Source: Rhizaria sp. SCN 62-66
Lineage: Eukaryota
DNA: 56,471 bases
Direction: 5' to 3'
Assembly (NCBI GenBank): GCA_001724265.1
Contig: MEDY01000176.1
Location: 1-56,471, forward strand
The notes under the pieces are model-generated. The model was not told the DNA's origin and did not search any database. It worked only from the letters and a program-made list of their open reading frames with translations. Positions within the stretch are counted from its first letter, which is position 1, and the number at the start of each line of letters is the position of its first letter. Positions 50,060 to 56,471 of the stretch are shown in pieces. The position numbers were made by a program, and so were the translations under genes.

Positions 50060-53000
50060 AACAGCGGAAGAGCAATCATCAGCAGCCGCAGCGCGCCGCC
50101 CTCGGCGAGGACGACGACGACGAAGACAACATCGGCTTCGACCTCTCCGCGATCACGCCCACGACTAGTGCCCACGCCAACGGCAGACGCGGGCGCGCGC
50201 GCAGCAGCTCCGGCTCGGGCGCGCTGCTGGGCTCCCACAGCGAGACCAGTGACGACGACTTCTCGTCGAGCTCTTTCGTGCGCGCCTTCGCGGCCGACCT
50301 GCGCCACACGTCCTTCTCCTCCACGGCCACGCAGGTACGAATAAAAGCATGACAATTCGTCTCAAGTTCAACTTCCTTCTTAGGATGGAAAAATGTATTT
50401 TTCATTATTTATCCAGAAATCATTTTGTTTCTAACCACCACTGGTTCTATACGCCCACTTTTTGTTGTTTTTCGCATGCAGATTGTGTACTCGCGCTCGT
50501 ACCTTGTCTTCTATTTCATTCTGCTCAGCGCGCAGATCGGCCTCTGCGTCTGGCTCGCCCTCCACAGCCACCTCTTCTTCCCGGCTTCGGGCTCCAAGGC
50601 CGAGCCGCTGCCGCTGTCCTTCTTCCTGCTCGAGCTCACGGTCTCGCTCCTTATGACCCTGGAGCTGCTGCTGCGCGCCGCGGCCGCGCACGGACGCTTC
50701 TGCGCGCACGTGGGCAACGCGCTGGACGCCGCGCTGACCGTGGCGGCGACCGCGCTCACAGTCGCCTCGTTCGTGCTCTCGCACACGGGCGCGGCGGGCA
50801 AGCTGCTCGCACTGGGGCCGTTACTTACGCTGCTGCGCTATGCGGTGCAGTTCGCGCGGCTGGTTGTCATCCTGCGCGCGCAGTGGGTCCGCAGCCGGCT
50901 GTTGCGCGTGTCTGAGGAGACGCCCGTGGACTTCACGCTGCACACGGCGACCGCGGGCGACATCAACATCGACATCAGCGGCCACAGCGGCGGCCACGGC
51001 GGCGGCGGCGAAGGCGCACACGGCCAGTTGCCTGTCTTGCACGGCCACGGCCATAGTCGCGGTCGCGGGCACAGCCACTTGCTGCACGGTGAAGAGGAAG
51101 CGTACGACGTCATCGGCGCCGACGACCTGCACGTGGACCACGATGACGACGTGGGACAGGGCCTCGTTAGCAACGGACCCATCGAGTACGACGTCATCAC
51201 AGTCGCCACCAAGAACGCCTCCGCTGCCGGCGCCGGTGCGAGCGCGAGCGCGAGTGCAGGTGGTGCGCATGTCCCTGTGCTGCTGGCTCAGAGTTCTCTG
51301 TCCTCTTCTGCCGCCGCCGCCGCCGCCGCCGTTGCAGGCCAGCAACAGGGCAGCAGCGCGGCCAACGGTGCCAGCGCACTGCTGTCTCTCTTTGGCGGCT
51401 ACGGCGCCGCCGCCACCGCCGCGGCCGCGGCCGACACTCCGTCCACGGGTCCCTCGACTAGCGCCAGCACCCCGGCTACAACAGCTATGGCTGCGCCCGT
51501 ACTGTCATCCGTTGTGGCGGCCGCGCCGAGCTCGATGCACATGCAGCCGGCCTCAGCCGCCGCCGCCGAGGCCGCCGCGGAGGCCGCGCTGCGCGCCGTG
51601 ACCGGCGACGGCAGCGGCGCCGAGAGCGACGCCGACCACCGGCGCGCAGGACTTGGCCGCGGCCACGGCCACGGCCACGGCCACGGGCTTGCTCGCGGGC
51701 TTAGTCTGGGTGCAGTGTCACATCTGCGGCAGCAGCAGCAGCAGCAGTATCACGGTTTGCTGAGGAGCACTGGCGTTGTCGACGCCGATTTGCCCCACAT
51801 CGACGGCGCCAGCGACGGCCACCCCAGCACCGCTCCCGTCCCGCTGCCGCTGCCGCTGCCGATGCCGATGCCGCCCAGTAACGCTGCTGCGGCCGCCCAC
51901 AGCAGCAGCAGCACTGGCAGCGCCAGCGGCGCCCTCACCGGGCTCGCCGGGCTGGCCGCCACCACCCCGCGCTTCGCCGGCAGCACCGGCGGCAGCGGTG
52001 GCGGCAGTGGCAGCGGCGGCGTCGTCGTCGTTGGCAGCCTCGGCAGCAACAGGCCCGGCGCCGTCGCTGGCAACGCCAGCGCCGCGGGCACCCCGCGCGC
52101 GCGGTCCTCGCACTTCGCTCCCGCGGCCTCGCCCGCTCACGCCGGCGCTGGCCCCCACGGCGGGCCCAGCGCGTACGGCGGGCTCAGCACGTATAGTGGA
52201 GCCAACGGCGCCGCGAGTGGCCGCGCTACCCCTGACGCTGCGATTGCTAGCGGCAGCGGCAGCGCCAACGCGCCGCCTGTGCTGGCCCGTGTGGCGACGC
52301 CTGTGCTCACGCCGGTCAAACTCGACCCGCGCGCGCTGCGGCCCCACCTGCTCTCCACCACGCCCGCCACCGCCACCACGCCCGCGTCTCCCGCCACCGC
52401 CGCGGCACCCAGCGCCAGCGCGAATGGCGGCGGCGCGAGCGGGCCCGCGGCGCTGGCGCTGGGCAAGAGCTACAGCCCTAACAGCCTCGCCAGTAGCACG
52501 ACGAACAGCAACGGTAACAACAGCAAACGCAATGCTGCCGGTGACGCCGTTGCGGGCCGGAGCCTGAGCCAGAGCCGGGACGCTACGACGCCCTCCGGCA
52601 GCCCCAGCGCGGGGCCCCGCTCCGCGCTCGCCAGCACTGGCAATGCTGCCGAGGCGAACGTGAACGCTGCACTCATCTCTGAGGCGACCAACTACGCACT
52701 TAACAGCAACCCTGTCTTTGCGACGCCCCCTACTTCTGTCGCGAATGCGAGTGCGAGCGCGCATGCAGTGGTGCCGGCGCCGGGGAGCGCGGCCGTGAAC
52801 GTGAGCGCGGCGGAGGCGAGTGAGGCTGTCGCGCTTTACGCGTCCAGTCTCGAGACTGCGGCGTCGTTCGCAGTCCCCGCGCCCGCCGTGGCCGCTGCGC
52901 TGGCGGCCGCAGTGTCCACGGCCACCGCCTACAGTCAGCCCGCGGCTCAAACCGGGGCTCAGTCTGCTCACGGTCCCTTTGCCACCCATCACGGCCACTC

Positions 53001-53805
53001 AAGCAGCAGCAGCGGTGCTAAAAAGTCTGTTGCCGACACCGAAGCCGAGGCCGAGGCGGACCTGCTGCTCTCGATGCGCAAGCTGCCCGGTCTCAGCCAC
53101 ACCCAGGCTCACGGCCACGGCCACGGCCACAGCCACGGCCACAGCCACAGCGCGCACAGCCACGGCGGCAGCAGCAGTGTCCTCAAGGCGGCGGTGGACA
53201 GGGACGATGATGACCTAAGTGACGACGACGATTTGGGGGGCAGCACGTACATTCGAAGCATTTCCAAGAACAACGTTGTCGCCGCGAATAATAATGTGAA
53301 CGATGATTTTGATGACGCCTCCAATGACGGGATGTTGCTCAATTTCAATAACATGAACGCCAACGGACATGGATCTGACGCCGGCAGCGCCGAATCCATC
53401 GATGGCGGCCTCTTGGCCGACCGCAGCACCACATTTGCCAGCAACGACGCCGGCGACGGCACTGGCAACGGCGACGACGACGACGATGAGAACGCGTACT
53501 TTAAGGCGCTGTCGATGTCGCGTGTGGCCACACCGTCGCTCTCGCGCGCGGGCTCCGCGTTCCCGGCCGCGCCGTCGCTGCTCTCGCCGCCGCAGCTCTA
53601 CACCGCCGGCGCACCGGCCAGCGGCAGTAGTGCTCACAGTCACAGCCAGGGCCAGAGCCAGGGCCAGGGCCAGAGCCAGAGCGCCCACAGTCGCAGCCAG
53701 CGGCTGCTTGAGGGCGGTGGCGCGCTCGGGTCGTCTGTGACTCACAGTGCTGTGGTGGGCGTCGGTGACGACATTGGTGATGACGGAGACGAACTAGGGT
53801 ACTAA
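48967..53805 (+). CDS. Stand-alone voltage-sensor-like (S1-S4) membrane protein in long low-complexity arms (~1,563 aa); exons 48967-50334, 50482-53805
   Basis: Four TM helices at ~50490-50890 with S2 FFLLE.....L..LE..LR, S3 N.LD and S4 LLRYAVQFARL..ILR; no pore domain; stop TAA. Confidence 0.7.
50029..50064 (+). repeat. (CAG/CAA)n repeat encoding poly-Gln
   Basis: cagcagcagcagcagcaacagc... run of about 12 Gln codons. Confidence 0.9.
50335..50481 (+). other. Spliceosomal intron, 147 nt, phase 0
   Basis: CAG|GTACGA ... CATGCAG|ATT; AT-rich; joins ORFs 48958..50352 and 50425..53805. Confidence 0.85.
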
Positions 53806-54412
53806 GATTAACTTGTATAGAAGCTGAGAACAGCAATATTGTTCCTAGGAACCTCCAAGTATGATAGATTTACGATAAATGCATTACGGATGTCAGAGCA
53901 AAAACGTGAGATTTCATTGTATATATCGGGGCAGATTAATGGACTTACTCTGATAATATTAATCCGTTTTATTGAATATGCCTTAATTCAAATACATTTA
54001 CTTAGTTAGAGTCTGTTGCGAGTGTCTATCGACCTAAAACTGAGCGTTGTCCAGTCAGCAAAGGGGGATCCGTCTTTTTTTCGGTCCCGCAGCCTGTCGT
54101 CGAGCGGGAAGAGCGACGAAAACAAAACCACAGGGTTCGGTGGTGAGGAAAAAGGCTTTCCGTGTGGATGCTGCATATGGTGTACTGATGTTGCAATATG
54201 TTTGTTGTGACGTCAGCAACGCATATATTTCCAAATTCGTTATTCTATCTTGATCTGCCTTTGCCTTGCCCTGTGCTTGGGCTGGATTTGTTTGGCCTCT
54301 GACGAGGCCTCCCCCTGCTGAGCAAGCGACATTTCCTCACCTTCATTCTCCTTCTTTTCCGACTCGTCCTTTGCTCTGACTGTTTCACCCGTGTGTGCCG
54401 TAGCGGGCAGCC

Positions 54413-55717
54413 ATGTCAGCGTCCGCCGTGTTCATCATGGACGCCAAGGGGAAGATCATCATTTCGCGGAACTACCGCGGCGATGTCCCCATGACGACCG
54501 CCGAGCGCTTCGCCCGAATTCTCAACGAGGAGGAGGACAGCCGTCTCAAGCCCGTCATCTACGACGAAGGCAACTCGTTTGTCTACATCACCCACAGCAA
54601 CCTCATCCTCATGGCGATGACCAAGAAGAACGCCAACCCCCTGGTGATGCTTTCGTTCCTCTCCTCCCTCGTCGACGTCCTCGTCGAGTACTTCAAGGAG
54701 CTTAACGAGGAGTCGCTCCGCGACAACTTCGTCGTCACCTATGAGCTGCTCGACGAAGTTATGGACTTCGGCTTCCCCCAGTCCACCGACGCCAACATCC
54801 TCAAGGAGTTCATCTGCGTCACGGAGCGCCACCAGTTCAAGCGCTCGCAGCAGGCCGCGCCCACGGTTCCCGTCGCCATGACGCAGCGCGTGTCGTGGCG
54901 CAAGGAGGGCATCGTGCACAAGAAGAACGAGGTCTTCCTGGACGTCGTCGAGCGCCTTAACCTCCTCGTCGGCAGCAACGGCAACGTGCTCCGCAGCGAG
55001 ATCGACGGCGTGCTTAAGATGCGCACCTTCCTGACGGGCATGCCCGAGCTCAAGCTCGGCCTCAATGACAAGATCCTCATGGACGCTCGCGCGCGCGCCA
55101 TCGGCGGCGAGGGTGCTGCGTCGCGCAACAAGTCGGTTGAGATGGAGGACATTCGCTTCCACCAGTGTGTGCAGCTGGGCCGGTTCGAGAACGACCGCAC
55201 GATCAGCTTCATCCCGCCTGACGGCGACTTCGACCTTATGTCGTACCGCCTCAACACGCAGGTGCGCCCGCTCATCTGGGTCGAGGCCCACGTCGAGCCG
55301 CACTCGTCGTCGCGCGTCGAGTACCTCGTCAAGATCAAGGCCAACTACAAGCGCCGCTCGGCCGCCAACAACGTCGAGGTGATCATCCCCGTCCCCAGCG
55401 ACGCTGACTCGCCGGTGTTCAAGACGAGCACGGGCAAGGCCGAGTACCACCCCGAGAAGGACTGCGTGGTGTGGAAGATCAAGACGCTGCAGGGCCAGAA
55501 GGAGTTTATGATGCGCGCGCAGTTGGGCCTGCCGTCCGTGACCGCGAATGACCCAACCAAGGCGCGGCCGCCGATCAAGGTCTCGTTCGAGATCCCCTAC
55601 TTCACCGTGTCGGGCATCCAGGTGCGCTACCTCAAGATCACGGAGCAGAGCCGCTATCAGGCGCTGCCGTGGGTGCGCTACATCACCAAGAACGGCGACT
55701 ACGAGGTCCGCTTCTGA
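54413..55717 (+). CDS. AP1M1: AP-1 adaptor complex medium (mu1) subunit (434 aa)
   Basis: MSASAVFIMDAKGKIIISRNYRGD, EESLRDNFVVTYELLDEVMDFGFPQ, VSWRKEGI..KKNEVFLDV, FHQCV, ISFIPPDG.F.LMSYR, YQALPWVRYIT.NGDY; stop TGA. Confidence 0.96.
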   Translation: MSASAVFIMDAKGKIIISRNYRGDVPMTTAERFARILNEEEDSRLKPVIYDEGNSFVYITHSNLILMAMTKKNANPLVMLSFLSSLVDVLVEYFKELNEESLRDNFVVTYELLDEVMDFGFPQSTDANILKEFICVTERHQFKRSQQAAPTVPVAMTQRVSWRKEGIVHKKNEVFLDVVERLNLLVGSNGNVLRSEIDGVLKMRTFLTGMPELKLGLNDKILMDARARAIGGEGAASRNKSVEMEDIRFHQCVQLGRFENDRTISFIPPDGDFDLMSYRLNTQVRPLIWVEAHVEPHSSSRVEYLVKIKANYKRRSAANNVEVIIPVPSDADSPVFKTSTGKAEYHPEKDCVVWKIKTLQGQKEFMMRAQLGLPSVTANDPTKARPPIKVSFEIPYFTVSGIQVRYLKITEQSRYQALPWVRYITKNGDYEVRF

Positions 55718-56471
55718 GCAATGCAGCCGCGTGAAGAGCGTGTGAATCAAAGAATGGCAAGGACAACGAATGATAACATGATGTGATGTGGGCGTGGTGG
55801 TAATCGTGGGCAGGCGCTTCTGTAAAGTGCTACGGACGATATCCGACATCATGCTCCATTTGTGCTATTGTTATATCATCTTTAACGTCGTTGTTCTTCT
55901 TTGTAATGTGGTGTAAGAATAGGTGATTCGTAAGTACGTGCATGCTGTTGTGCTTGAATTCTCAATGAGTATGACTGATGGCCGGGCCGGGCCAGGCTGC
56001 GATACGTATGAAGGGTGCCTAGCTCCACCCTGACCTGTACTGTCACTATACTCTGTGGTGTTAAAGTCTTGTTTTGTCACTTGTCGCCTACTTTCGTTGC
56101 AAAGTGACATTGTCACTGCACTGTTCTTCTCACTCGACAGTGGATGCATATGACTACGAATGAAAGTGGAGTTAGTGAATTACAATGATTATGCAACAAG
56201 GACAACGTCAAAGTCGATCAATCAGTTTGACAAGTATCGTGAACACTGAGCATCACATTATGTTCATTGTTTATATACTAGCATGGCAGGTTGCAGCAGC
56301 AGGCTCGAACTACAAAATCATGATATAATATGATATATTTTAGTTAATCACATCAAATACAAACATACACAGAATTACCATCGGTCCGTCGTAGGATGGC
56401 GCGCCGACGATTTTCGCTCCGCGCGGGCCCGTCGGAAATTCCCGGAACTTTTCTTTGCCTAATAAAGACCA

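Noticed and set aside
23120-55852. Long antisense and alternate-frame ORFs (e.g. 24509..26365, 29684..31333, 35508..37118, 54416..55852)
   Set aside because: Shadows of high-GC3 sense genes; no motifs of their own.
1-56471. CRISPR arrays, transposases, rRNA, prokaryotic operon structure
   Set aside because: None seen; the gene content and introns are eukaryotic.

Overview
Eukaryotic (protist-like) nuclear DNA with GC-rich coding regions and AT-richer introns and intergenic DNA. It contains 13 protein-coding genes and 10 inferred GT-AG introns (120-303 nt): a ~6,500-aa predicted GPI-anchored repeat surface protein, a PMCA-type Ca2+ ATPase, RSPH14, Fes1/HspBP1, a PEX4-like E2, condensin II CAP-H2, an adenylate-kinase-like fusion, two paralogous 4-TM proteins, an SDR, ferrochelatase, a stand-alone voltage-sensor-like protein and AP-1 mu. 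The main result is that the organism appears to use a non-standard nuclear genetic code in which UAG is a sense codon (most likely Gln) while UAA and UGA remain stops. Five in-frame TAGs interrupt two otherwise intact genes (2906, 6410, 10886; 28932, 29007), conserved protein motifs continue across them, and none of the 13 inferred gene ends uses TAG (8 TAA, 5 TGA). Secondary observations: all 10 splice donors have C at +4, an MDH1B/PPIL6-like N-domain is fused to an adenylate kinase, a Cys/His motif is inserted in the PMCA N-domain, and low-complexity expansions are pervasive. Homology calls come from remembered motifs, not database searches; exon structures are inferred without RNA data.
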